DNA of 64,000 nucleotides from Tubiluchus corallicola (lineage: Eukaryota > Animalia > Priapulida). Made by a program: the position numbers and the translations under genes. The DNA lies in assembly GCA_030141605.1 (NCBI GenBank), contig JAQGDQ010000025.1:664907-728906 (forward strand). Direction: 5' to 3'. The number at the start of each line of letters is the position of its first letter. Position 1 is the first letter of the stretch. Shown in pieces: positions 22,286 through 35,931 of this stretch. The notes beneath the pieces are model-generated. The model was not told the DNA's origin. It saw only the letters and a list, made by a program, of their open reading frames with translations, and did not search any database.

Positions 22286-25200
22286 CCATTCGTCTTGAAA
22301 TCATTGTTTGACAATTTGAGCGTGAAATGCCTCATTCGTGATAAATTATCACAACTATTGCTGACTCTTGAGGAGTTTCAAATGTTCTGAACACAAAAAA
22401 TAAAAACAACATTTAAGAAATACTGAATTGCTTTTCAGTATAGTACCCATATCTGTATGTTATATAGCCAAATGATATTGATTAGTAATGGGACAGACTT
22501 TTGCTTTTAAAACTGCTATTTTGGAAAATAAGAACTTTTTATGATGCAGAGCCAAGGAAAGTCAATGTCCAGTGTGGAAAGATGGCTAAGAACATGCACG
22601 TACCTGTTAAACTTTATTTGCACATGTCTCCTTAAATAATTTATGTACTTTAGTATGACCTACTTTGGATTCTGTGCGAATGTTCTTTTTCAGTACAATG
22701 CTGTCTTTTGCACATAAAGTAACATTTGTTTGCAAAAGTGTGCCACTATTTCTGCAGTCTTTGTTTATTAAGAGCAGTTTTTTCATCAAATTAGTTTGTC
22801 AGTTTTAGTTTAACAAACTAGTTTGATCGTGTAAATAGCAAAACTGACAAACTTTTAGTTTGAGAAACAAAGTCTGATGGTATCAAACTGTCTTGAATTC
22901 AGCAAACAAAAACTGACATACTCAGACCCAATAGCCAATAGCATCGTTTGTCATTATTAATTCAGCAAGTGGTATAAATGTTCGACGATCAGCATTATTG
23001 GATATTGGTTGGTATTGGAACCTGAAGGCTAGAAACAGTGGTAATATAAAGGACCTTTTTGATTTTGCTTACAAAAAGAAAACTGCAATTTTACTGTACT
23101 GTTTTCTACCAATCAACAATTTGCAACAGTACTGTAGGTGTGTTATGCAGGTTGTTTGTTAGTTACACTGAACTTCTTGCTATAAATAGTCAAATATTGC
23201 GGGTGTGACATATGCACACAATTGAAAAACTCACGCAGCACCTCAACTTTTAAATCTTTGAAAATCAAACTGTGACTGCCACTTTCAATTCTTTGCTGTA
23301 GTTATTTTTTCATCCAAACTTTTAACACTTTTTTTTCCAATTTCTCCTTTTTTAATTGTTCAATCCGAAGACAGGCCAATATTGACACCATAATTTGATT
23401 GACACCCAATGTTGAATATTGATTGCCAGAGTTAGTGAGTAAAGTTTGATGTCGTCTAAACACACATCAGTTTTTAGATTGACAGTTTTCGTTTGTCAGT
23501 TTTAGATTGACAGTTTAAAAACTGGTCGTGTAAACAGACCACTAAAGATTCGCTACCAACCCACTGACAATCTTCAGTGATGTTTCATTTGTTTTTCTTA
23601 ATTTCACTGTCTTATATGGCAGAGTAAACAGCAATAGTTGTTCTAATACTTTGTTGTATGATTACTAGCTCATTTTAATAACCGTGCCATTATATGTTTA
23701 TTTTATGCATTTGCAATCATATTAAGTGAAGCAGTACTACTGGCCTGCTGCTGCCATCTTTTGGGATTTTGAAACTTCATAATACTAAATAGAAAATCCT
23801 TGCTGTAGTTTGTCATTGGCATTGGTTGATAAAGTTTTGTATAATTTATTGTCGTGTCGGCATACCAGAACTCTTTATGTCTGAGAAGTTTATTCAAGTT
23901 TCAGTTTGAATTGTACGACACCAGCAAAAACATGTTACCTCATGTATTTCTTGTGAGGTTTCCTAAATGAAAGGGCAGGCGGAATTGCGCTTGATATAGT
24001 TATAGTAGGCCTACACCTGCACAGGTAATAAAAATAATCGTTTGTATGCTGTATATTATTTATAATTTTCACTGTAGCATAACAAATTGCCAGTGATGTA
24101 GAGTTTCCAGAAAATATTTTAAATACGTTTTCAGAAACAATTGCAAACCGTTTCCACATACATTAAATTCATACTTTTGAAAATGAACCTGTGGTTTATA
24201 CCAATGAATGCAGGTTTTTAGTATAAAACAAAGGCGTTGTAATGTGCAGCAACATTTACTGATAATCTTTTTGCTAAATCTGTGTAATAGACATTGTAAT
24301 AAAAACTTCTTTATTTTCAAGGAAATCTATAATAAGTATTTAGATGTACTTTTGACATGTAAAATGACGAGCATGCTAATGCTGGGCTATAAAGTTCATG
24401 AAGAAAATGGCTTCAGTATTTTTGCAGTGTAGTGCAAGTGTATTACTGAATTGTTTTTATACCCGTATAATTGTTGTACATGTAATTTGTAGCTACCATT
24501 ATTAGGAATTTTATATTAACTGTTACTCATGACAGTTTTCTGATAGTACTAGTGTAGATACTTTTGAAGTTTTTCGTAATGAAATTGTATCTTTTCTCAT
24601 GAACTTTATGCCTTTATTATGTTTCTGTTCATCAAGAGTAAAAATATACCACCAATATTAAAAGAAATTACAACTTGAGCTGAAAGCATATTTTCTTGTA
24701 ATGAATTATTGTGCCTGCGTTTGCATTTGTCACAGATACTGTGTAGCTGCCTACCTGATTTGTCATAATAAATGAAATGTTCGTTTAACGAAGACTAACA
24801 GAATAAATCCAGGCACCAGATTAATTAGATGTTGCAGTAATTATGACTAATCGAGTTCGAACCTGCAGGTGACACAGGTCTGTTGTGCTGTTGTAATGCA
24901 TTTTCAGTAATATTTTACCTGTACTAGTAAATTTTAAGAAAGTGATAATGGTAATGATATCTTTTTGATGGTGTATAAACATTAAACAAGCTAAGCATTT
25001 TGAAACGGCAACAGAGAGAAACAAAGGGAAGGGGCACCAGAAAAGTGAAAGACGGCGAGGAAGAGATGTCTGTGTACATCTTGAAAGCACAATGTTCTGT
25101 GTTCATGTCATGATTTGACTACAATTTTTCAGTTCCTCTTTTTTCAGTTAATTAACTGTTTAAGTAGTTGTAAATCTGTTATTCTGCTTAATGTGTTTGT

Positions 25201-26059
25201 GTGCGCGTGTGTGTGTGTGTGTAAGAGTGCGGCGTGCGGGAGTGGGTATGTATGTGTGTGGTGTGTGCAAGCTGAAATCTAGTAGACAACCTCAGTTCCT
25301 ACTACAAATGTTTAATGGTTATGACCGGGATTTTAGCTCTTTAGCCTGGAACGTGTTGTAAGGTGAAACACTTGACTAGCAGAGATGTTATCACAACCAA
25401 TGAGATAAATAGCTTGAGAAAGTAGTAGTTTTCCTGGCTGTCATCTACCTATTTACTAAGCAGGCTTAGTGCTACTTAACTTAAAGCCAAACTGACATCA
25501 TGACCATATTCCCATATGCTCTTATACAGCCAAGCAATAATTGTACTAATACTCTCCTAGCGTGATGAAATCATAATTGTTTTTATGACTCTGAAGATTA
25601 ATATTAATTTAGACACATCCCTGTGAATATATTAACCTAATAACTCTTGCTTACTGCTCTTGATATCAGCTATGGTGTTATAAGCAGAATTATAGCGAAG
25701 CAATGATGTTGCATGGATTATATTGCAGGCCTGCAAATTTCTGTGTCTATTAGCAAATGTTTTATGTAATAGAATAAAAACTAAAATATTGAAAAATAAA
25801 ATACAAATGATGCCATCTCTGGTATTACACTAAACAAGTAGTTTGGTGGTTAACTTATTTTGTTATGCATACTTTTAATACGAACACACAATAGCTATAG
25901 TTACAATCAAGTGAAATAAATTCCTTTTATTCGTTATTAAAAAATAAATAATACGCCAAAAAAATAAATAAATTTTGAATGTAGAGTGTAGTATCATTTT
26001 CATAGCTTATAACTATAAGTGATTTCTCCAGGCTCAACACATCTTTGTCCACATTCTTT

Positions 26060-29000
26060 CTAGAAACCAGCCTGTAAATAAAAGAACAAAACTATTGTTT
26101 CCCAAAGCTAATTTAATAAAATTAGGGAAATGTTAATTCAAAATATCTTGCTATCTTAGTGATACCTGTCAATATTTTACAAGGTATACAGGGCATCAGG
26201 TAAACGAATTCAATAAATTAACTTTTGCGTATTAAAGTTGTAGGAAGAAAGACAGTTTGCCGCTTGCCATTACATAGTGCATTCAGATCACAAGTTGGTA
26301 ATGCATAATAATACCTGTATGCAATAGTCATATAAGTAATTTTCAATGGGAGAATTTTACTGTCAGCAAATCGTTATCCATAAAAGACACATTACCTAAA
26401 GATGATCTTTTTTATTCATTCACACTTGTTGCATTAAAATAAGCTAGCAGGCCTACTTTAATTGAGTACCTGAACTGAAAATACAAGCTTAATGCAATTT
26501 TCTAGTAGAAGAATTCAGCATAGCACCAATTAACGCCTCAGCAGTTCTGCACTACTAACTGACAGTCTCTGTGTAAGATTCACACAGATTATATAAATGA
26601 TCATTTTTCGTTTAGCAAAGCTTCATCCACAGATTTGTACACTTACGGCTGTTGGATATAAGAATGTTTCAGCCTCGTCTGTACCAAATGGGTTCTCCGT
26701 GACACAAGTGAAAACACCCATATCATCTAACCACGATATGCCTTTGATGAACAAATCTCCGTTTTTAAGAACCTGCAAATAAAATGTCAATCGTAAGAGC
26801 TCGTAACAAAGAAACTTATTTTAACTTCTCAAGTTTTTTCTCGAATAAAAAGTCCTGAATACTATGCCTTATATAAACTAGTAAGATAACTGAATCAGCA
26901 TTTGATCAGTTGAAGTTATCAGATATCACGGTTAAATTTTAATCTATGCAATTTGATAATCTAATCTGTTGGAAAACTAAAGCTGTATCATTTCACTGAT
27001 AATTTTTCAATAACCGTTTTTAAAGTCAAAAAAGCTAAACTTGAATATTACAGGTACTGCCGTGAATAGAATGTAAATATGAATCTAATGATTAGTGAAT
27101 AACATGAATTTAAGTTAATAGAAAATTCGTTAGCTTTTCGTTTGCTAGTCAATTTTAAAGTTAGATTAGCTTTGAAAAGTATACCAGGTTAATTAATTAA
27201 TGTTGTTAGAAAAACATCTGGTGCCACATCTGCACTTAGGTGTTGAAGTTGAATATGGTTTAGATTATTATGTGTATTAAAAATACATAGAGAGAGCTAA
27301 ATAAACCTTGTGGAACACCACTGATAACTCCGAAGGGTTCATACTTTGTGAAGCGTGAAGCGACGAAACCTAGGTCCCCTGATGGCTGGGTTTGCGGAAA
27401 AAACTTTACTTGCACTGTGGTAAAGCATTTGACAAGTCAAGGAAGATGCCACGCGTTGTGAATTTGTTGCTTAGTGTGTTTAGCATTTTTTCAATAAATT
27501 CAGGTGAGGCAAGTGATGATTTGCAGAATGCAAACTGAATTTTCATTTTGAGAAATAGCTCTCTTAAATAAAGATATTCAGCCGTCAAAAATATGGTTTC
27601 AACAAGTTCTAAGCCATTCCCAAGGCCCCGAGCTTTGGAAATGGAGAGTAGATATTGAGCCAAGAGTGTATATTGAAATAATTATGTTATAGAAGGCAAG
27701 TGCCTCCAAAAATACGAAACTGAATATTTTTCAGTTTATTGTAAAGGCATTTTCCAAATTTATCTTTATTTTGCACATAAGTTCTAGCTATTTACATAAT
27801 CGTCGAAAAAAAGATGATAGATGAAATAATAATTATACTAAAATTCTAAAAAATGATTGATTTGATGTTTGAACTTAAATTTTATAGTGCGAATATTATA
27901 ATATTATTAATTAATTTGAGAATAAAATTAACTCCAAGTACTTAAAACCAATTTTAATGACATGTGTAATGCAGAAAAGTTGATAGGTTCGAACTCTACC
28001 AGCTGCCAATAAATTTGTTTTTACACAGTATGTGCTAAATAATCACTGTTGCACTGTCTATGTATAATTTCCATCTCCTAATAATAAAGTGTGGTGTAGT
28101 GATAAAAAATCTTACTGCACTCCGTATTTTGTGTGCACTTTACAATGCAACGTGCTGACCCAACATCTTACACCTGGTGTCATTGTCACCAACTAAGTCC
28201 CTATTTTAGTATCAAACTTATAATTGATATACACAAGTTTTACAATTATGAAGATCATTTCACTCATTTTTATGCAGTCATGCTGTGCGCATGTATATTG
28301 TTTATGTCAGGGCCGGATTAAGATCTCAAAAGGCCCCAAGCGCCCAAAAGATTGTGGCACCCCCATATATGCGTAATTCAGAATGAAAACAATGCTAAAC
28401 TGTAAAACGAAATTTTATCATACGAAATGAAAAAAAAAAATTGCAGTAAGATTAATTTACGGTAAATGCTAGGACATCAGCTTTATATCACATACAAAAG
28501 TGATTAGATTAAAAACACAGAGACGATTCTATATCTTACAAAGGACAGCCATTCAGTACGTCTACATGCAAATTTGATATCAATAATCATAGATCAACTT
28601 ATTAAAGAAGATCAGTATAATGTTATAGTGAATAAAACTTATTCTAACAAACCTTTTCATTTTCTTAAGGACAGGGGGTGAGCATCGAACGTTCGAATTC
28701 GAACTCGAACGAGTTTTTTAGTTCGAACTCGATTCGAACCTAAAACTGCAGATTCGAATAATTCAGCATTTCAGTCATATATGTTCTTTATCATTAAAAC
28801 CATTGAAACATTATGCAATTAGCATAATTTAGCTGTGATTTCTGTGCACAATTTTAAGCAAATTACTAGTCGTTTTATCGAAGAACAAAATCGACTGATA
28901 TGCACGATCTTTGAAAGACTAATTTTTATTGGTGGTTCGAAAACTTGTTTGAAAGTCTTTCAGTCTCAGTTCGAATTCGAAGCACTGAAGTTCGGTTCTA

Positions 29001-32000
29001 TTTGAATTCGAAAGTCACAAATTCGGTTCGTTTCGAATTCGCTTTCTGGTAGAGAATGCTCACCCCTTCTTAAGGAAATTAATATGGGTGAAAGATGCAA
29101 GTGCAAAAATTTACTTAACATTTTTTACAGAAATACATATTGGTCCATTTAATAATTGTTTAGGTATGATTGTTATTTATTGTTCCTCGAAATTTATTCA
29201 ATAACTAAGAGAACTTGCGTTTTTATAGCGTTATTTCAGGTAAAGTTATAGTCCCTGCACTTTTGCAAATTGGCACCAACTTTTTGAACAGTTTCAAGAT
29301 CGCTGCTGCCTCCAGGGCCTATTTCAGCCTAAGCGAGGCCCGGGGAAGTGGGGCGTTATACAGTATGTTTGCATACAGCGAAAAAAATAATGTTACCTCG
29401 GCGCGAGGCCCCGGCGAAGTATCCCCACTCCCCCCCCCCCTGAAATAGGCCCTGGCTGCCTCCCAGTTTTTCTCCCATTAGATTGCTCATTTAAAGGTCC
29501 ACTGACACCATGTTAGACACCCGCTGTCAAAATTCACTATTGACTAACGTAATACAAAAAAACCGGGTTTATTTCTTAATACCGCTTTCTAACTCTTTGG
29601 TTAGTATTGAAACACTCTGCCAGAAAATTTGGCTGTTAGACAAAGGATACCATGTTCTTAATGTTTCTGGTGCTGCCGGCGGGCTATGTGAGCGTCACTA
29701 CAAAACACACACCTCTGGGCCGGGCCGAGAACTTTTGATCACGTGTTAATTGCATAAGATGTCATGCTTGAAGTTCGGCCTCGACAATAACACGCAAGAC
29801 ACTTGGTTTACATAAGTAATTATTATGACAACATTTTACATATGCTACAGTCTACGAGACAGCAGGCAAGCCTATTTAAAGTTGCCCGGACTATTATTAA
29901 AGTGTGAAGATGTCGCAGAGTAATTACAGTAATATGGTTTGTCTCAGTTCGTCCAAGATTAGTGAAAATTTTGGTAAACTACGTGAATTGAAATATGTAT
30001 CCAATTTACAAACAGAGTTAGTACAAACAGAGTTGTGGTAAATTTATTTATCAGCAAATAAACAATCTCAGTAATTACTGAATCTCACGCTTTGTTCAAT
30101 AAATTCACTGACGTTACATAACATAATAATATTTTCATATTTTGTAAGGCTGTCCTCTCCCATTTAATAACAAATTGCTGTAGGCTGGTGACCTTGAAGA
30201 ACTGAATTCAAAGTTAAAAGTCATATTGTCATATTTGCTGCAATTTAAGAGATTTTACCATCTTCAATTTGTTAACCACATACATTGCACCAATTTCTTT
30301 CTATACATAACACTGATTATTAACAAGATCATTTTTTAAGTTGTTACGATGTAGTCTTAGCCTTGAATGCACTACTCAATCAAATCTAGAACCCTGTAAA
30401 AATCCTTTAGGCGTTTGTTCTAATTCAATTACAGAATGCTTCTTGAAGCTACTAAGAGTAGCTTTGTTTAAAACGCTTCAAAAAATTTGACTGTCTTGAC
30501 AGTTAGTTTAATTCATTTTCCTTGTTATCCCAGCCAACTGTTCAGAATTCCAATTAGGACTTTGATACGGCGCGCTTACAAATCAACACAAAGACAGTGT
30601 TGGAACTTGCTGTCATCAACAACAACAAAAAAACATTCTCTCAATCCTTCGTCATAAATTCTATTTATTAAAGAACTTGTGTATGGAACTTCAGTAAAAT
30701 TTAATTAGTTAATTAACTGCTGCACGACGTTAGTGTACAGAACAATCAATTTATATTAATTTGTTAAAAAAGTTGAGGATGAAACTTTCTAAATTAAGTC
30801 AGTGTTTGAACAACAGGGCCTAGTGTTCGAATTCTGACTGGATATCAAATACACATACCGACTTGGACTACATTTTTTACTTCCTTTTTTTGAAAAACCG
30901 TTATGTTAATTATTTTCTTTCCAAAAAACAAGCATGTGGGTTTATTAATTTTTTCATGCGTATAACAGTTCCCATGTTTCTATCAAGTGTAAAACAGACA
31001 TCAAGCAAACGCACGTGAATGCATGATTTAGCGCATTCTGCACGCCTAATATAATGCGCATTGCACGAGTATAATGAGCATGACCTGACTAGAATCAGGT
31101 CAAATAATCATTGAATCCCCGGGTTTAACGAGAAATTGGCTTTATGACGGTATTATAAAGATTAACAAAATTAACAGACATAATTAATGGATATTCCAAG
31201 GTGAGATGCCTTTCTGCACGCATTCACAAAGCGAATAATTTAATTCGTCTCGCTCGCTGTGCGTGCCTGCTTGAAAAGTCGAAGCTTGTTAATAATACAT
31301 TACTAAGATGACTGTGACGTTTGGATTCGGAAATACGTTTGCTTCCGGTCGGCCTACACAACGTGCATTTACGGTAATTAACTTTGCGTCAGGAGATAAA
31401 AGATGGGTTTAATTCATGCGGGCGTTCTCAATGTCGCCATCGTAGATAAATTTAAAACCGTCGCAACGCCACACTTTAATTTATCGAGCAGTTGGAGAGG
31501 ATAGCGAAGTTCTCAAATGGCAAATAAAATGAACTAAGCAAAGCTTCTAATATTCTTATCATAGCTGATTTAGGCTCATTCAGCCAACACATCCTGATGA
31601 TTTTAGCCATTTAGCCAAATGGCGCCCTTAAAAATTGCGACGTCATTGTCATTAAATCGTTAAATTTTTAAAAGCTCTAAAATCTAAAAGCTTTGAGGGA
31701 AGAAGCAATCCTCGACAACATTTGTTGCGTTTTAATATACTGTACTGCAGGGCTGTGATGAGATGAAGTGTAATACTGGCAGGGGAATACAGCAGACTTC
31801 TCAGGTGTGCGTGTGAACGTGGCTTTATCTAGCACATAGACTCTTATTCTGACCTTGTGTTAGTAGGAGCCACTAGTCACGTGCACACCTGAGCTTATAA
31901 AAAGGGTAGGTCTGTTGTAGATCCTTGTCAGTGGTCGTCTCCTCCCAGCTCTGTTCACACTTCAGGCTTTGCTCTATTCTATTCTGTTCGGTAAGCTATT

Positions 32001-35000
32001 TGGAATATTTTTGTAATAAATTGTCATTTTGATTTTATTATTCATTTTGGTTTTGGTTTGGCATTGACTTAGTTGAGACATGCTGCACGATGTAGGCCGC
32101 GGTGCCATCCGTCCTGCGTCCATTAAAAGTGTAGAGCAGTCCAAAACAATTAAAAATATTTAAATCACAATACAAAATATGTGCATAGATTGCTTTGCTT
32201 AAAAATGTAAAAGAAGTTTATCTCACGCCAAACGAATGTTGATGACGGCATATATAAAAAATGACGTAAGCTGGTGTATGCTAGGCAGTGTGAATGTTTG
32301 AAGGCAAGCTGTGTAAAGGTACACGTTGCAAAATTCCTACACTTTGCTTAGAAGTGCCGTCATTCTAATGTTGTATTTAACTGTGTTTATCTAATTATTA
32401 GTCATTCGATCAATTTAAGGTGGTTACATTGCTTTAATCTACAGGATTACACCTAGAATGTGTAAGTAATTATCGGAGTAGGTACCGGGTGGGTTACATA
32501 GTTTATAGAGTTCGCTCTATAAGTAAAAAAAAGATTCTGAAATACCTGGCGGAATAAGTGTTTATATTGTACGGAAACCGGATAACGCCATATTTCGTCT
32601 AAAATGAGAGCGTTCAAGCGTATAGTGACGGGGACCCTAAAGGGACTGGAAACATATGATAATGTGTCAAGGTCGGATTAATGCATAAGCAGACTAAGCA
32701 CGTGCTTAGCTATCCTAAAACAGATAAAATTTTAATAAAGTATGTTGAACAGCATAAAACTCTTACACAGTCCAAAATGTTAGGTAGTGCGCTACAGGAG
32801 AATGATGATTTTTTGTTGTTGTTGGCTTGACATCGTGCCTTTTTTGTAGCTGACTTATTTAATTAAAATTTCATTTTGAAGTCAATAAGGAATTGGCGTC
32901 GCATAAGTACTGTAGAGAGCAGTGGTTCTCAAAACTGCGGGTCATGACCACCAAAAGGGTCGTGAGTCTTTCTCTGGGGATCATGGAGGGCCTAACTGTA
33001 TGTGCATTCAGCTCGCCAGTTTTTACAGATTCTAATCGTTTAAAAATATACTAGCTTATACTGCTGTCAGTTTTGTTAGATGCTCACGCAAGCCACCTAA
33101 TATTGTAACCGCCTTTCGTGTAGTGCAAGTGGTGCAGTCAAGTGATGAAAAGAAGAAGCAATACAGCTTGGGTTTTTTTTAAACTTACTTGGTATTTCTT
33201 CTGACTGCCATTTGAAATCACTTGTCCTGATGGTCCTAGCCAGACTACCGCAGGTTCTGGAACGCCTGTAGTTCTGCAGAACAATTCCACATCGCTGCCC
33301 TCTAGCTCCACTCGATTACCCGTCCACATATAAATACGACTAGGGGTTCCTGGACAATAGAAAACTTATTTGTACAATAATTTCTATTAAAAAATTTGCA
33401 TAATGAATTTACTAATCCGTTTAATGAATCACACCTAAAACAGTACATAGGCCTAATTATAATTTTATAATTTTTCACTTAAGTCGCTTTCAGTTGGGCG
33501 ATATGCTCGACAAAGTATGATACATGCACTGAAAAGAGCAAATGATCTTTAAACATAGACGTATTAAACGAAACAGTCTATATACCTAATAATTATTATA
33601 ACAGATTACAGATTTAAATTCATTACAATCAACAATTATTATGCACGACGCTATGTGATTCTCATTTGAACTTAAGTTTTATTAGTCTTAAAAACTTTAA
33701 GCACATTACATGGTTATAAAGAATTCTCGGTGTAGGAAGGTTGAAGATTATATTCTTTTCGTTATTTAGGAATAATTAGAAATTTTACAGACCTGTGCGT
33801 CTTTTGTTTTTTGCACACTTCGTCTCTCCAATTTCATTTGGACTCTCTGAAACAGCAATTGTAAAAAGGTAGTGATATTGTCAAACAGTTTAAATTTATT
33901 TCACTCTTGATGTGCTGAACAAATACTGCAATGTTAACTGACATAGCAAACATAGGCATTCGAGCCACAGGGGCTGGGATGCAGCCTCTCGAATTCGGGC
34001 AAACACATTAATTCGGGCAATAATCGAGTTTTTCGGGCACAGGCCAAATGATGAGAAATAAAATAAAATAACATTTTTCATTAAAGGAAATATGGAAATT
34101 TCTCCATGCCGCCAAATGAAATGCCCGAAATCCGGGCATTTCCTTGATCATGGAGTAGGGTGAGATAATTACAGGACTCCGAGTATTTTTCGGGCAAAAC
34201 TGGCTCAGTCCTTCTGGAAAAACCTGCCCGTACAGCAAAACCTGCCTATGACAGCAAAAAAGAAACTTCTGCATAAAAATATGGTCATCATGCAGGCATC
34301 AGTTTCAGTGATTTCACGCTGCCTTCAATATAAACCTCATTATAGGGACCCGCTTGAATAAGTCTAAAAATGAACAAACCCCCTCTATGTTCAACTCTAC
34401 TAATATTCCGGAAAAATGCCGCCTAAAATGAATATTTTGTCTGTGTTAATTTTTGTTTTAACTGCTAGTAGATTCATATTAAAAACCAAAAGGAGCGATG
34501 GCAAAAAATATATGTGAATACATTAACATTGATCTCTGAGATAAAGAAATGAACTAAAGATGGTCGGTTAACGATAGTTACGTTAAAAAAGTACGGGCCA
34601 AGATATATCAAGGTTAACCCGGTGTAGTTTCTATCCAACTTATGAAACACATTACAGAAACCTGCTTGAATAATACAATTTTGATCGTTTATACAGAATG
34701 TAGCAGTGCATAAATCCATAATACGCGCTGCAGATCAAATCAAGATTTATTAACATGGCGTGACGAATTTCATTATGACAACATGCATTTTCAATTATCC
34801 TCTTTTAGTATTGCGTTGGTAGGTTAGTTTCATTCCTACCCGAAACCTGAATATCAGTTCTTTTATGTTTAACCCCTGCTAGCTGATGTAATTAGTTATT
34901 CAAAAATGTGTTTTAATATATCAGTAAACGCTTGTTATGATGTGTAGTCTTTTGTGTGCACGAGTGTATTGTTTGTTGTTTAAATTACATAATTACGTAA

Positions 35001-35892
35001 AAATTAATACAATAAATAATACCAAATGCAATAATGATGATCATGTGGAAAAAATGATGTTCCATTAAAGAGACCACTGGAAACACTGAAAAAACTTTTA
35101 GTGGTTATTTTTTTCTCAGACTAGTGGTAAAAGTAGTAAAATAATGGAGAGTTTACAATTCCCCACATAATTTAAATACACTAACCCTAACCCTAATCCT
35201 AACTCTAACTCATCCTAACTCTAACTCAACCCTAACTCCAAACCTAACCCTAACCCCCACCCTAATCTTAATCCGCTTCACGAACTAATTTCTTCTGTGT
35301 GGGGAATTGTAAACTTTAACCAAAATAATAATAACTACGATGATGAAAATATTTTAATAATCACCTTTTACTATAACTCGCGTCTCGGTTGTAATAGTTT
35401 TGAAAGGCGATTCGGCAACACATGAGTATATTCCCTCATCATGCTTTGTAGCACAATCCAAATATAGCTTGGATTTTGTTGTGCTCAAACCTAATTGAAA
35501 TTTATCATCGTTTTGTTTTAATGGACCTGAACTCCAATACTCATTTTCACCCTGCAGAGAAAAAATAAAAAGTTAAAGTAAGAACGTTAAGGGGTAACGA
35601 ACAGTATGAGTAAGACCCATTTCACAGTGAGGACGCGCGGCAAATTCCTCGTGCAGGTCCTCGTGAGGAATTTTGTTGCCAGCTAGGAGCTATGCATCCT
35701 CCTCGTGAGGAGATTGTCGTATGGCAGAAATACTGCATGTTCCGGTTTCAAACTACTCAATTACTTCTTTCTTATTTAACGAACAATTATCACATTTCAG
35801 CATAAAATTATTTTAATCTCTCTTAACACACTGGCGATTTTATGTTTTATTAATGCAACATCGATGGCCATGTTCGTGATAAAGAAAAATAA

Positions 35893-35931
<39 letters not shown>

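Noticed and set aside
27352-27395. CGAAAC-CTAG-GTC resembling a minimal hammerhead stem III
   Set aside because: No correctly placed CUGANGA box or stem I/II.
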